Source: the human T2T-CHM13v2.0 reference genome, Homo sapiens
Direction: 5' to 3' (one strand)
Length of the DNA: 64,000 bases
Assembly (NCBI RefSeq): GCF_009914755.1
Contig: NC_060933.1
This document shows positions 1 to 18,279 of the stretch, piece after piece. Made by a program: the position numbers and the translations under genes. Position 1 is the first letter of the stretch. Every line of letters starts with the position of its first letter. The notes under the pieces were generated by a model. That model did not search any database. It was not told the origin of the DNA and worked only from the letters and a program-made list of their open reading frames with translations.

Positions 1-3645
<3,645 letters not shown>

Positions 3646-3828
3646 AATTAGCTGGGTATGGTGGCGCATGCCTGTAGTCCCAGGTACTTGGGAGGCTGAA
3701 GAAGAAAAATCGCTTGAACCCGGGGGGGGCGGGAGGTGGAGGTTGCAGTGAGTCTAGACCACACCACTGCACTCTAGCCTGGGCGACAGAGTGAGACTCC
3801 CATCTCAAAAAAAAAAAAAAAAAAAAAA
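3646..3828 (+). mobile_element. Alu right monomer only, abutting the L1 poly(A) tail
   Basis: aattagctgggtatggtggcgcatgcctgtagtccc...gagactcccatctc followed by A22. No left monomer is present. Confidence 0.93.
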
Positions 3829-5628
3829 TTAGCAAAAGATGTCCCAGAGCTTCTATTTGTGTGTGTTATATTTATCAATATTTACCATATTAGAAATGAA
3901 AATGGGAAAAAATTATTTAAAAAAAACAAAACTCTAGGTATTTCAAACAACAACAACTCTGCTGCTATTGGCCTCTGCATTGTTGTTGTTGTTGTCGGTA
4001 AGAACTTGGCATTTCTGAGCCCAGGTGAGTCAGTAGTTAGGCTTTTGAAAAGTTTACCAAATACACCTTTAAATATGGTTCCAACCATTCTAATTGCCAG
4101 GATTGTGGAAAGAGGTTGAAATTTCCAGTTTGGGTGAAATTATGAGTTTCAGTCTTTATCTGGGTGGTTCAGCAGAAAATTAAAAGTCTGTGTAAGGGAC
4201 TATTAGCTGCATGCAGTTTTAAACTGAAAGTTGCTTTAATCCTTTTTAAGTAAGCCATTAATCTTCATTTATTATTTCTTCATTGTATTCTCTGCACACT
4301 CTTAAAACTTAGAGGTGTTTAGTCTGGTTTGCAAGCTTTCCTGGCTTTGCTAATGCTCCCCATAAATTACCTAAGATGCTCTCAATGTTTAGGTAGATTC
4401 ATTTTTTCTCCTAGAAAAATGCAAAGTACAGAAGTATGTTCTCCTACTTTCCAAATATGATTTGCTCAGCCATGTACTTCTCAATATCCTAGGGAAAGCT
4501 CAAACACTTCCTCTCACCCTAGGGCAAATAACAACCATTTCTATCCCTTTCTTCACTTTGCACTATTTTCCCAGGCCTTAAGTAAGTCTGCTAGAGTTGA
4601 ATTATTCTCGAGGCAACAGGGGAAAGCTGCTGAAAGGCAGCTGCCGTCACTCTCTCGATCTCTAATCTCATAATTTCTTCATGGCCTTCTGCACACCGGG
4701 GGTCACTGAACAGCCTTCCACACCTGCAGGTGTTATTTTTGCAACTCTTCCCCAGGGTCTTCAAACCAGAGTTGGGTCTTTTCTTGGCTTCCTGCTGCTA
4801 AAAGCCAAACAAAGAGAAGGGAGAGAACATCATTTATAAAAGCCTCTTTCGAGAGTGGCAGGATGGGGGTAAGACATTTATCTCTGGAGGAAAACACTCT
4901 CTCAAAGCACATACCTTGGCCTCCAACATGGACAGGTTTATAAGTAAACATGGTTTAACTATAGCCTTCAGCCAACCCTGCTCCAGCCAGACTTGCACTT
5001 CCCATTTCTACATTGTGAGCATAGATTCCAGCTCTACAGCCAAGTGAGAAGGGAGGGCTGGGCTCACGGCCATTTGAATCAATGGAGAAGGAGAACGTGA
5101 GGAAAGAGGTAGCAATCAGTGGAAAAAGAGAGCCTAAAACTTCCTCTCAGCACGTGTTCCCTTTGGCCATCCAGATGCCTGATCAATTCCTCCACCTCCC
5201 TTACCATAATTCCTTCCTTGACATCCATATGGCTGCTATCACAGGCAATGGAGAAAGCAGCACAAAATATAAACTATGTTTATATGTCTGAACAGTGCTT
5301 ATCTTTTCTATGTTGTCAAAATAGTAACAGTGACCTTCATGACATCAGACCTCCCAGGGTCTGATGAAAGCCTTGCACTTACCACAAACATCTCTTAGAA
5401 TAGATTTAAAGAAACTTCAGATGTGTTCTTTGATCCCCACACGATATTGCTCCCAGTTAAAACACTGGAGTGTCATCATAACATCAAATTTCAAAAGCAT
5501 CCCAGATACTAAATGGGTCTTGCATTGTAACCCCAAATTCATCATTTTGTTTTTGGTGTTACTTGTAGGACCAAGTCCTCAATGAATTTCTCCAAAACTC
5601 CTGAGTGATTCTTTTTCCCCACTACCAC

Positions 5629-5673
5629 CACAGTAACTTTTATACATCTACTCACAGTAACTTTTATACATCT
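5629..5673. repeat. Short tandem duplication, 24-bp period (21-bp identical core)
   Basis: cacagtaacttttatacatct at 5629-5649 and 5653-5673. Confidence 0.9.
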
Positions 5674-6602
5674 TCTCCCACTGGTAACACTAGAAAAGCT
5701 GGCAGGCTATTGCTCAAAATGCAGAACACCTTTCTGAATATCTACAACCATAGTGGTAAAACAATGGTACAAATACCTATTATTACTTTAAATATCACCT
5801 CATATCCCTATAATGGTTAAAAAAAAACCCAAAAATTTTAAATATGCATGTATGTCATCACAAACACAAAAATTAGTCCTACTTTATACAAAAAAAAAAA
5901 ACACTAAAAATATCTGTCAGTGTATTCATGATTTTAAACTCAACAGAAAGAATGCTAACAACAAATTCTCCAGCTCAAAAGCAGAGTGCACTGCAGCAAA
6001 TCTGGTTATGAGAATAAAATATTCCTTGGCCTAGAATGTCCTTCCATCAGTTCACCAACAACCTGCAAATACTCTTCATTCTTCAACTTTGCTGAAACAA
6101 TGCCAGCTCGGTCAAGTTTTGACAACTCCTATTGTCCTGCCAGGCTCAATTGCATCATTCTCTCTCCTGTGTGTTTTCATGTCTATTTTAGATAGCACAT
6201 ATGACATTGCTATGTAAATATTTGTTCCTTCAACTAAATTATAAAGTGTTTATAATGAGCAAGTAGCATATAGTAAATGTTCCATAATTGTTTGATGGAT
6301 TGCATAATGCCTTAAATCAAAAACACAGCCTTACTTAAAACAGGAAAAGCTTATGTGACTATTCGACTCATGTTAGGAAGCTGAGTAGTTAGAGAAACAA
6401 GATCAATACAGTTTGTGGCTGCCCTCCACAGCGAATATTTGATATGCAAAACAACACTAATGCATTTTACTTGAGAGAGAACTCAATATTGATGGCAGGG
6501 CCCCAGCTACATAATTTTCAGTGCCCAGTTTGAAATTAAAATGTAGGGATACTTCTTCAAAAAACAGAAAAAAAAAAAGAAGTCCCATTAAAGGTCCTAA
6601 AT

Positions 6603-6765
6603 GGCCAGGCACAGTGGTTCATGCCTGTAATCCCAGCTCTTTGGGAGGCCAAGACAGGGAGGATCACTTGAGCCCAGGAAATCAAGGCTTCAATGAGCTA
6701 TGATCACCCACCATACTCTAGCCTGGGTGACCAAGTCAGATCCTGACTCTTAAAAGAAAAAAAAA
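6603..6765 (+). mobile_element. Alu monomer (FRAM-like or collapsed AluJ)
   Basis: About 150-bp monomer with a left-arm-like start, a J-type right-arm end (gagctatgatc) and an A-tail. Confidence 0.85.
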
Positions 6766-7569
6766 CTAAAATATAAATATTTTCTTTCTTCAGCAGTCTC
6801 TCTCTATTTGTCATGGTATTTTGCTATTTAATGTCATTCAAGGTAAATAAAAATTAAAATATTTAATTATTAGCATGCATTTCACCATTTATCTTTATAG
6901 TGAGCATGCCAGTTTTAAGTGAACATATAAGACTATTTATCTCATGTGCAGAATCACCAAAATTATAATACATGATTCATATTTTGTAATTTCCACATGT
7001 ATATATATTTCATTTATACCAGAACAGTAGAAACAATGAACAAAACTAGCTCATCTGTATTTATTGCACTTTGATATGAACAGATTCTACCAACATGCTT
7101 TATCTTCAGCTTTTGGGTAAATAATGAAGAATTTAAAGGAAAGCATATAACTATGAGTTGCCCTATGTTTCCTTTTTTCTCCTATGGCATTATTTTCAGC
7201 ATAAGTGGTTGGCTACTGCAAGAAAATATCACAATTAGGAAAGAATATGGTAAGAATTCCTTGGTTGTTCCTTTTTCTTAGAATGCTATTACCCTCTTTC
7301 TACATTTGAAGCATGTTCTGCTTCAGATGGAAAGTGTGGCCTCTTGGGAGTCTCCATGGACCCACTTGTGGAGTCTTATGTGTAACGTGCTTACCTTGCC
7401 CTCACTTCCATGCACTGAGGGTCCACTGGGATTTTGTACAAAGCATGGTGTGTGCATTATCTGTGAATGGAGTACCATGGAATGGCATAGACACATATTG
7501 CATGTAAGTCCTCTGCTCATGCACATGCTCCATTGTCCTGCTGTGCTTCACTTATAAATCACAAACTCA

Positions 7570-7932
<363 letters not shown>

Positions 7933-9472
7933 TTAAACCAAGCACGGGCTCTTCTGAGACGCACACCCATGGAGCTGGACCTGATGGATTAGTTAGTGTA
8001 CCGCACAGTATGAGTTATATAACTTGGAGGTGAAATCCTCTGAACCATGACAGAACCAGGATGATTTCCCAGGGTTCTGTTCAAACAGACCTTTAACCTA
8101 TCACCTCATATTCTGTTTCAGGTGAAAACATGATCCACTCACACTGGACTTTTCGCAGGTAGCCACAACTAGAAGTATTTGGGTTGTGCTGAGTGTATTC
8201 CTATTTCCAAAGTTCTCTCTGCCTTTAACAGCTTGCCTTGCTTTCCAAGCAGAACATTCCACAGCAAAGTGCAGTATTAAGGAGTGCACACCACATGAAG
8301 TCCATGCTGGGTTTCTGCCGCCTAAGCCCTGTTGAATTCTCTTCATGAGCAGGAGCTTGCAAGCCCCAAGTTGTTAAGCACAGTTATGGAAGAAATCTGG
8401 AGGTGGAAACCTTGTCAATCACCGACAATGGGGCTTGCTCAGCTGATAATAGAACTACTGCTGCTGCCTAAGAAAGATTACTGTTAGCATTTTGGAAAAG
8501 GCAGCAGAGTGACCTTTCTTCCTGAGAGCCAAAGACCCAAAATGTCTGACAGCTTTGCTATTAGATTTTTTTTTTCTTCTTGTTCTTTCTCTCCACACCT
8601 GGGATTCAAGAGGCATTAAAGCACTTTAAGCCAAAGGAGCTATCATCTCCGTGGAGCTTTTCACATTAGGCTCTACCACTTAGCAATTAATTAGATTATG
8701 ACTGATTATTATTTACTTTTCCTGTCACTTCATTCTACCAATAGAAGCATACACCATCCTCCCAAAGAGTATTTCTGTTTATTTATACAATCATCTTCAC
8801 TTTTGGTGAATGTTAGATTTCAATGAAACATGATGAATAGCTGTGATACCTGTAACTAGCGTTGATGTCAGTGAAAAGAAAGGCAAAATAACTAAAGAAT
8901 TATTTTTGCTTCCTGCAGAGATTACCCCAGTATCAGGGGCTGATATTTTGTCAGTTTCATTGAGGTATAAGTTATATATAATAAAGCTCACCAATTTAAA
9001 ACACGTAACTTGATGAGTTTTGACATGTGTATACCACCACTACCACAAGCATGATACAGAACATTCCTTTCACTCTACACCCCTTTGTAGTAAATTTCCT
9101 CCCTTCACAACTTGGCCTCAGCAACAGCTCCTGTGATTGCTATCAGTATAGTTTTCTTCTCTTAAGAAATTCCTATTGATGGAATTCATACATTATCTAT
9201 TCCTTTATAATTGGCCACTTTCACCTGACACAATACTTTTGAGCTTCATTCATGCCGTTACATGTTAGTTAATTCATTTTTATTAATGAATTGTATCTAT
9301 TGTATGTTTAAACCACAATTTGTTCATCCATTGGCCGACTGATAGAAGTTTCATTTGTTCCCAGTTTGAAACTATTATGAATAAAGTTGCTATGAACACT
9401 TTTGTGCTCATTTTCTGAAGGAATGTATGTGTTTCTCACAGGTAGAAATCTAGGAGTGGAATTGCTAGGTCA

Positions 9473-9822
<350 letters not shown>

Positions 9823-9971
9823 CCTGCTAAACTATTTTCCAAACAGTTGTATCACTTTTCATTCCCATCAGCAGTGTATGAGACCATTCCACCTCCTCAC
9901 CAACTCTTGGTGTTGTCCATCTTTTGGATTATAGCCATTCTAGCAGGTAGCAGAGGTATCTCATTGTGGCT

Positions 9972-10465
9972 TTTCTTTCCAACTTTTATTTTAGGTTCAA
10001 GGGGTACATGCGTAGGTTTGTTACAGGGGCAAATTGCATGCCATGGAGATTTGGTGTACAGGTAATTTTGTCACCCAGGTAATCAAGTGACAATTTGTCA
10101 CCTGTTGGGTAATAGCACCCAATAGGCAGTGTTTCAATCCTCACTCACCTCCCACCCTGCGCCCTCAAATAGGCCCCAGTGTCTATTGTTCCCTTCTTTG
10201 TGTCCATGTGTATTCAATGCTTAGCTCCAATTTATAAATGAGAACATGCAGTACTTGATTTTCATTTGGTTTTCTGTTCCCCCATTGATTTGCTTAGGAT
10301 TAGGCCTCCAGTTCCATCCACGTTGCTGCAAAGGCCACAATCTCATTTTTTATAGTTATATAGTATTACATGATGTATATGTACCACATTTTCTTTATCC
10401 AGATGGGCAACTAAGTTGGCTTTATATCTTTGCCATTGTGAATAGTGCTGCAACAATATATGCAT
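9972..10465 (-). mobile_element. L1PA15/16-like 3' end fragment nested in L1M
   Basis: ccaacttttattttaggttcaaggggtacatgcgtaggtttgttaca...aggccccagtgtctattgttcccttctttgtgtccatgtg. Confidence 0.8.
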
Positions 10466-13400
10466 GCATCGCATTTTCTTACTGACTAATGATGTTGAAT
10501 ACTCTCTTATGTATGTATTGGCCATCTGTGAAATGTCTGTACAAATATTTGGCCCATTGGTTTTTTGGCAGACTTTCTTATTATAGAGTTACAAGAGTTC
10601 TTTATATACTCTGTACGTAAGTACTTATCAGGTATATTTTGCAAATATTTTCTCTCAGAAGGTGTCTTGACATTTTGTTTCTAGAAGAGTCTTTTGAAGA
10701 ACAAAAGTTTATCATTTTATGAAGCTTAATTCCTCATTTTTTTCTTTTATACTGTGTTCAATTTAAGAAATCTTTGACCAACACAAAGTCATAAATATTT
10801 TCTCCTGTTTTTTTCTAGAAGTTTTATACTTTTAGCTCCTGCATTTAGGTCCTTAATTTTGAGTTATAGTTTTGCATATACAAAACTTTATAGTGTGAAC
10901 TAGGGCCCATATTCTCTATTTTTTTTTTTTTTTTACATCTGACTATCTAATTGTTACAGCACTATTTGTTAAAAGCTTATACTTTTTCATTGAATTGCCT
11001 TTGCATCTGTCAAAAATCTTTTGACTATGTATGTGTAGATCTCTATTTCTGGACTCTCTGTTCTGTTCCATTGATCTATGTGCCTATCCTTACACAAATA
11101 GCACACTCTCTTCATTATTGTAGCCTTATAGTGAGATTTGAAATCAGATAGTGCACATTCTCCTCTTTTTTCTTTTTCAAAATTGTTTTGACATTTCCAA
11201 TTCCTTTGCTTTTCTATATGAGTTTTGAAATAAGCATGCTGTCAATTTCTGCCAAAACGATCTGCTTAAATTTTGATCGGAATTACATTTAACTTGTAGA
11301 TCAATTTGAGAATTTACATCTCAATAATATTGAGTCTTCAGATTCATAAGCATGAAATGTCTTTCTATTATTAAAATCCTTTTAACTTTTTTCAGTAAAA
11401 TTTTAAAGATTTCACTTTATAGATTTTGTACATATTTCATGAAATTTTTCCCTAGAAAATTCATTATTTTGGTGGTATGATTTTGCTATTTGAATTTTCT
11501 AATTATGTGTTGCTATTATATAGAAATGCAATGGTATTTTTTTATGTTGACCTTGCATTTTGTGATATTGCTGAGTTCACTTATTAGTATTAGTTATGGG
11601 GTGGTTTTTTAAAATAATTTTTAAGGTATTCTACATAGATCATGTTGCCTTAAAAAAAAAGAGATTTACCTTTTCTTATCAATTTGTACAATTTTTCAAA
11701 ATCTCTATGTTATTGCACTATGAAGGACCTCAACTACAATGTTGACTAGAAGTGAAGATATACCTCCTTGATTTGTTCCCAATTTAGGAAGAAAAGATTC
11801 AGTCTTTCACCATTAAGACGCTGTTAAAAATTATTTTTATAATATTGAATATTTATATCAAATTGAAAAAGCTATCTTACTATTCCCAGTTTGCTGAATT
11901 TTAATGACAAATGGGTTTTGAATATTGCCAGATGCTTTCTCGTAATCTATTCAGATGATAACATGGATTTTCATTTTTCAGTCTGCTCAAATGGTGAATT
12001 ACATTGACTCCTTTTTTAAATGTTAAAGCAACTTTGCATTCTTAAAATAAACATTATTTGGTAATGATATATTATACTTTTCTATACATTGTTAAATTCA
12101 ATTTGCAAATATTTTGTTAAAGACTTTTTAATCTATAGTCATGAATGATATTGGTCTGTTGTTACTATTTCTGATCATATCTTGCCCGGTTTTGATGTCA
12201 GAGTAAAGCTAGCCTCAACAACATAAATTGGAAAATTTTAATTTTAATTTTCTGAAAGAATTTATGTAGAAATTCTTTCCATCAAAATATAAAATTTTGA
12301 TAGAATTCAGCAAGAATACCATCTGGGCAAAGTATTTTCTTTCTGAGGAGGTATTTGACAACAGATTAAAATTTTTAAAGAGATACAGGACAACCTACTT
12401 CCTTAGTGAACTTTGGAAATTCATGCCTTTCAAAGAATTCATCCACATCATTCAAGTTGTCATATTTATTGTCATAAAGATGGTCATAATATTTTCTTGC
12501 CATCGTCTTTATCTCTATCGTATTTCTGATATTGGTAATTTATTTTTTACTGATCTGTGTAACTAGAGGATTACTATTATTATTTGCAAAGAACCAACTG
12601 TTAATTTCATTAATCTTATTATTTTTTAACTTTCATTGATTACTGTTCTTATCTTTGTTTTTTCTTCCTCTATCTACTTTGGATTTTGATTTCTCTTCAG
12701 TTTTAGTTTCTTTAGGTAAACATCTAGATTCTTTAGAGAACTATCTTTATTTAAATAATAAATCAATGACATAAATTTTTCTCTAAACACTGCTTTAGTG
12801 ACATCCCACAAATTTGAACTTACTTTGTTTATATTTTTAATAAGTTACATATTTTCTAATTTCTCTAGCAAGTCTATCTTAGATCCATGGGTTATTTAGA
12901 AGTGTTTTACTTAATTTCAAAGTATTTGGGATTCATTTCTAATTTATTTCTGTTTTTAAAAAAGAACATATTTTGAATGATTTCAATTCATGCCTTTATT
13001 GAGACTTGTTTTGTGGCTTAGAATATTTTACATCTTGATAAATATTCCACTTGAAAAGAATATTTTATTGTTTTTAAACAGAATGTTATGTAAATGCCAA
13101 TTAGGTCAAGTTAATTGATAACATTGTTCAAGTGTTTTATATCTTTACAGATTTTCTTTGTACTTATTAACTGAATTACTGAGAGGTATCATTGTGCATT
13201 TGGCTATTTTTCCTTTCAAGTCTCAGTTTTTGTTTCGTGTTTTTTGAAACTCTGATATTGGATACAATGTGTAATATGTCTCTTTATTCCTAGTAATATT
13301 CTTTGCTATGAAACCTGATATAAATATAAGCAGTCTAACTTTCATTTGATTTGTATTTGTACAGTATATCTTTTACCACTTTTTCTTTTACTTTGATCCC

Positions 13401-16084
13401 ATCTGGGTCTTCATAATTAAAATGACAAGTGTTTTAGACAGCATAGAGAAGAATCTTATCTTCATGTGGCAATCTCTGACTTTTATTTGATACATTTAAA
13501 CCATTTATATATAATGTAATTATTTATATGGCTGAATTTAAGTCAACCACCTTGCCATTATTTTTTGTCCCACCTCTTCTTGGTTCTTCTGCCTTCTTTG
13601 GAATGAACAGTGCAGTTTTTGTTTCTCTATTCTATTGCTATCATTTTCTTATTAGTTATACTTCATATTTGGGTATTTTTTAAATAGTTTTCTCAGATTT
13701 CCATAATGCCTATTTTTAAATATTGTATCGTATAACTTTACCACAGTATACTTACATTACCCCACTTTCTTCCTTTGTGGTATTGCGGTCACACATTTTA
13801 TCACTACATATGTTATAGCCTCCACATTGTCATTATTATTTCTTATTTCTGCTTTAAACACTCAGCTGTCTTTTAATGCACCTTAAAACAATTCACATAG
13901 AAGGCTTTTACATCTACCCTCATATCTACTATTTCAATTGCCCTTCATTCTTTTGTATGACTCCGAATTTCCAAATAGTATCATTTTCCTTCTGTCTGAA
14001 AAACTTCCTTCGATATGTTTTTACTGTATCTAATTGCTGGTAGTAGACCCTTTCAACTATCAGTATGAAAAAGTCCTTATTTTATTTCATTTTTGAAAAC
14101 TATCTTTTCTGGGCATAGAAATCTTAGTCTACGTTTTTTCTTGTAGTACGTTACATTGCTCCTTATCTTCTAGCTTGTTTGGTTACTCAAAGGAAGTCTG
14201 ACTTCAGTGCTATCAAAATTTAGCATTTGTATGTAACATGCTTTTTCTCTCTGGCTGCTTTTTAAATTTTCTCTTTATCATTGGTTAACAGAAATTTGAT
14301 GTACCTTGTCATGATTTATTTATTGTTTCAGTGAACTGTGAATACATAGTTTTAAACAAATGTGGAAAACATTTTGACCATTATCTTTTCAGATATTTTT
14401 TCTGTTCCCTATTTTCTCTCTACTTTTTGTCATAATCCAATTAAACATGTGTTAGGACCCTTTATATTGTTCCACAACTTACTAATACTTATGTTATTTT
14501 CCTGTTCAATTTTTTTTTCTATGTTTCACTTTGGATGTTTCTCTTGCTGTTTTCAAGTTAATACTCTTTTCTTCTGCAGTGTGTAATCTTGTGTTAATCC
14601 CATTTAATGTATTTATTTTTAACTCTGGATCTTGAATTTTTATCTCTAGAAGTTTCATTTGTGCCTTTTATATATCTTTCTTTTCTCTCCTCATCATTAT
14701 AAACTTGTCATCTGTGTTTGAAATATAAATTACATTTATAATCTTTTTAAGTTCTTATCTGCTAATTCTATCATCTCTGTTAATTCAAAGACATTTTCTT
14801 CTGGTTACAGCATGTATAATACATACTAATACCATAATACTATATACTACGTGGTATAATATATACTATAATGTATAATATATAATAGTATTATTTTTCA
14901 ACTTTGAATGTCTTGAAATCTTTAATTGAATGGTTAGCATTGTGAATTTTATGTTGATTGGTATTGGATTTTGTTGTATTTATTTGCATATTGTTGGTCT
15001 CTGTTCTGGGAATTAGTTAAGCTACCTGAAATCAGTATGATCATTTTTAGGCTTTCTTCTAAGCTTCTTTAAAGTGAGTCTAAAAAAGCTTTTAGTTCAG
15101 GGCTAATTTGACACAACTATTGACAAAATACCCTATGCTGAGGACTCCATATAATGAACTCTCTACTGTAAGGTTTTTCTACTCTTGAAATAGAAACTTC
15201 CCTAACTCTGTGTGAGCTTTATCTTTGTCCCACCAACTTTTTTCTAGTTTTCTTTTTATTTTTTTCTTCCCCTAAACTAGAATAGTTTTCTCCCATGCAT
15301 GCACAGATCAGTACTCAGCCAAAGACTCAACGGAACCGTTCTGCATATTTCCAAGGCTATTTTGCTATGCATCTATTTTATGGCCCTCAAATTCTAGCCA
15401 CATTGTCTTCTGCAAAATCCCAACTCTGACCTTTCAACTCAGCAAAGCTGATGGCTTCTGTTGCAGTTCTGCTTTCTAACAGAACTGAAAACTCTCTTCA
15501 GGCAGTCAAGTGGGGCAATCATAGGGCTCACCTAATCTGTTTTCTTTCTCTCCATTATCACCAATCTGTGCTGCTTTTTTCCAAGCTAAGTAAGTTGTTG
15601 TGTTTTTTGTCCTGTTTTCTTTTTGTTTAAGGTGGGATGGTAAATATGACGCCTTACTTTTTCATGCCAGAAGTAAAAGTCTCAGTACGTCTGTTTTTAA
15701 TTCAGTGAAAATTATAACAGCAACATCTGATAATAGCTAGCCAGAAAACGATACATCTGCACTCAGGTATACTTAATAGACACTCAAGAGCATTAACTCA
15801 ATATTCAGTTCATACTGTTTTGTGCATAATTTGATACGAATTTCTGAAGTAGTAGGTCCCTGAAAAAAAAAAAAGAAAGAAAAATAATTTGATACAAATA
15901 CACAGGATTGACATATCTGAGGCCAAAGCTGGCTACCAAAATGAGGAAAGATTGAAATTTCCTTTAATAGCTCTTTTGCTTTCTTTTGGTAATATTATGA
16001 TGCCAAACTAAATTACAAGTTGTAACAATTTTGTTAAAATCAACATGTTATTCAAGGTGTCACCTCTAATTTTATTTACTATTT

Positions 16085-16290
16085 CCTTTTAATACATTTA
16101 TTAAGTATCACCTATGTGCAAAGCAGTATGTTAACTACTAGGAGAGCACAGGGCAATCAATTAAACATCATCTCTCTCAGAAGAAACTTAGGGTATAATA
16201 TAATTCTAATATAAATCAGAATAAAATATGTCCTATGACAGAAATAGATGGAAATTGCTATGAGCATACAGAGAAAGAAATGATTACTCT
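16085..16290 (-). mobile_element. L2 3' fragment
   Basis: atacatttattaagtatcacctatgtgcaaagcag resembles an antisense L2 terminus. Confidence 0.5.
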
Positions 16291-16307
16291 AACTTGAAGA
16301 AAAAACA

Positions 16308-16542
16308 GTTAATATTTACCGCATGTTTTCTGTGATTAGAAATTTGAAGTGCCTCATGTGTATTATTATATTTAATCCTCAAATATACTCTATAATGTAG
16401 ATGCCTTTAATATCTCCTTTGTACCATAAGGACACTGAGACTGGAGAGAGTAAATTTCCCAAAGTCACAGAATCAATAAATGGTACATTCAGAGTTTGAA
16501 CTCAGATAATCTGATTCTAAAGTCCATTTTCTTAACCACTAA
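16308..16542 (-). mobile_element. MIR
   Basis: atttaatcctc...aaggacactgagactggagag...cccaaagtcacag...tttgaactcag...cttaaccact, the antisense MIR core. Confidence 0.8.
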
Positions 16543-17374
16543 TTATGATAGAAATATCCCACAAATGTTATAATTGAGCTGAGGCTTGAAGGATGAGTTT
16601 GGTTTGTGCAGGTGGGAAGGAAAATATTTCAAGCTTAGGAAACAGCATGGGCAAATAAAAATACTGATGTACTAAATGTGTGGAATTACATGACTAAAGT
16701 TCAAGGAACAGAAATATTTGGGGAGTGTTGTTGGAAAGATATATATTGTGATGACCCTCAAATACCACACAAATCAGAATGAATCATCTTGGCAGTTTGT
16801 AATTATGCGTTTACTTAGGTATTAGTTTCTGTGCTAAAACTAATAACTTTATAACCTTTGAAAATTTCAAACCATAGCCTGATATTTAAACAGAAAAAGT
16901 AACATGTTATACAGAAAATGTAATATGTTGCTCGTTCAGGATGTGCTAGAGTGGAAAACTAAAGATCTTGACATTTTTTAGCTTCAGGCAACTTCGATAA
17001 ATGTACAACAAAAGATACAGAAATAATAAAGCTAACAATCTACTTAAAAAGAGATAATGTTTAAAAGCAGAAAAATTATAAACAAATGAAACTCTTGCTA
17101 AGCCAGTTAAAAACTAAACCATAAATGATTTATTATATTGGGAATTGGGTGGTACTTTTTATTTTAAGTAAGTGTTAGTTTTTACTCTGTGATTTGAATT
17201 TTTTTCCTTGTCTTCCAGTTTTGAAAGCATATTGCCTCATGTTTGCTTACTGTTATTCAACAAGTAGATATAAACAATTTTGAGATTTAAGTAAGACAAA
17301 AAGAATTTTATTTCAGGTGACTTTCGTTTTACCCATGAAGACCACTCTTAATGATGATAGTAACTATTTGCATT

Positions 17375-17575
17375 TGAATGGTACTTCACAAGTTAGATAT
17401 AAAAAGTGCTTATTTCTTACTTAATTCTTAGAAAGAATGCATAAATCCCCATTTATATGTCAAAAGAGGTTGAGGTGACTTACTTTATTGTTCTAAGCTG
17501 CCAAATAGGCAAATAGTAAGGATGGAACACAAACGTAGAAATTCTGACTTCATATTCTGCTCTCTCTATCATATC
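17375..17575 (-). mobile_element. MIR (degraded)
   Basis: ccccatttatatgtcaaaagaggttgaggtgactt...tctgacttcatattctgctctctcta. Confidence 0.5.
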
Positions 17576-18279
17576 ATAATCTTGCTTCACAGCATCCCCA
17601 ACAAAAGATAATGCAGGAATTTCTAAAATAAAATTTTGAGATAACAAAATCTGGCCAAGGCAGAGAAAAGAGAGTTCTAATTTCTGCCAGTTGGCGTGCA
17701 AAGAGGAGACAGTCAAGCATGTATTCTGGAAGACATTTCAGAGAATGCCATTTGGATGCATGACATAAACATCACCAAAAGCAACTGACATAATCATTGG
17801 GACCATGGGGGTACTAATGGATAAGTTCTTCTTAAACATACTACATGAAGATGATGTAAAAAGTCAATGTAGTCCCAAGGCTGTGATTGAATTCTGCCAT
17901 CTAAGCAACATATTATTTATTTATCAGAAAACATTATTTAGTATCTATATGGGCAAATCCTAGAATGGATACTGTTAAAAAAGAAAGAGAGAAGAAAAAA
18001 TATTCCCTTTCTACAAGAAAATTACAAACTAGTAGAGAAGCTACAATATGTACACAAGGAATTGCCATGCCAGATGATATGCTATCCACATGGTAGGAAT
18101 GTCACAAGATAAACACAAAGGAAGAACTAAGCTCTTCTGACTGACATAATTAGGCAAGGAATAATGAAACTTGCCAGCCCTTTGCTTTACCTTGAGATAT
18201 GGAAACAATTCTATGAGAGAAATGGCAGGATTATGTACGGGGTATGTGCTTGAACAAAGATAAAATGTGGTTCTGGGAG

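Noticed and set aside
4756-4868. Possible exon (ccccag acceptor, gtaaga donor)
   Set aside because: Motifs only, with no supporting reading frame or partner exons.
14810-14895. TA-rich self-complementary stretch
   Set aside because: Low-complexity decayed microsatellite.
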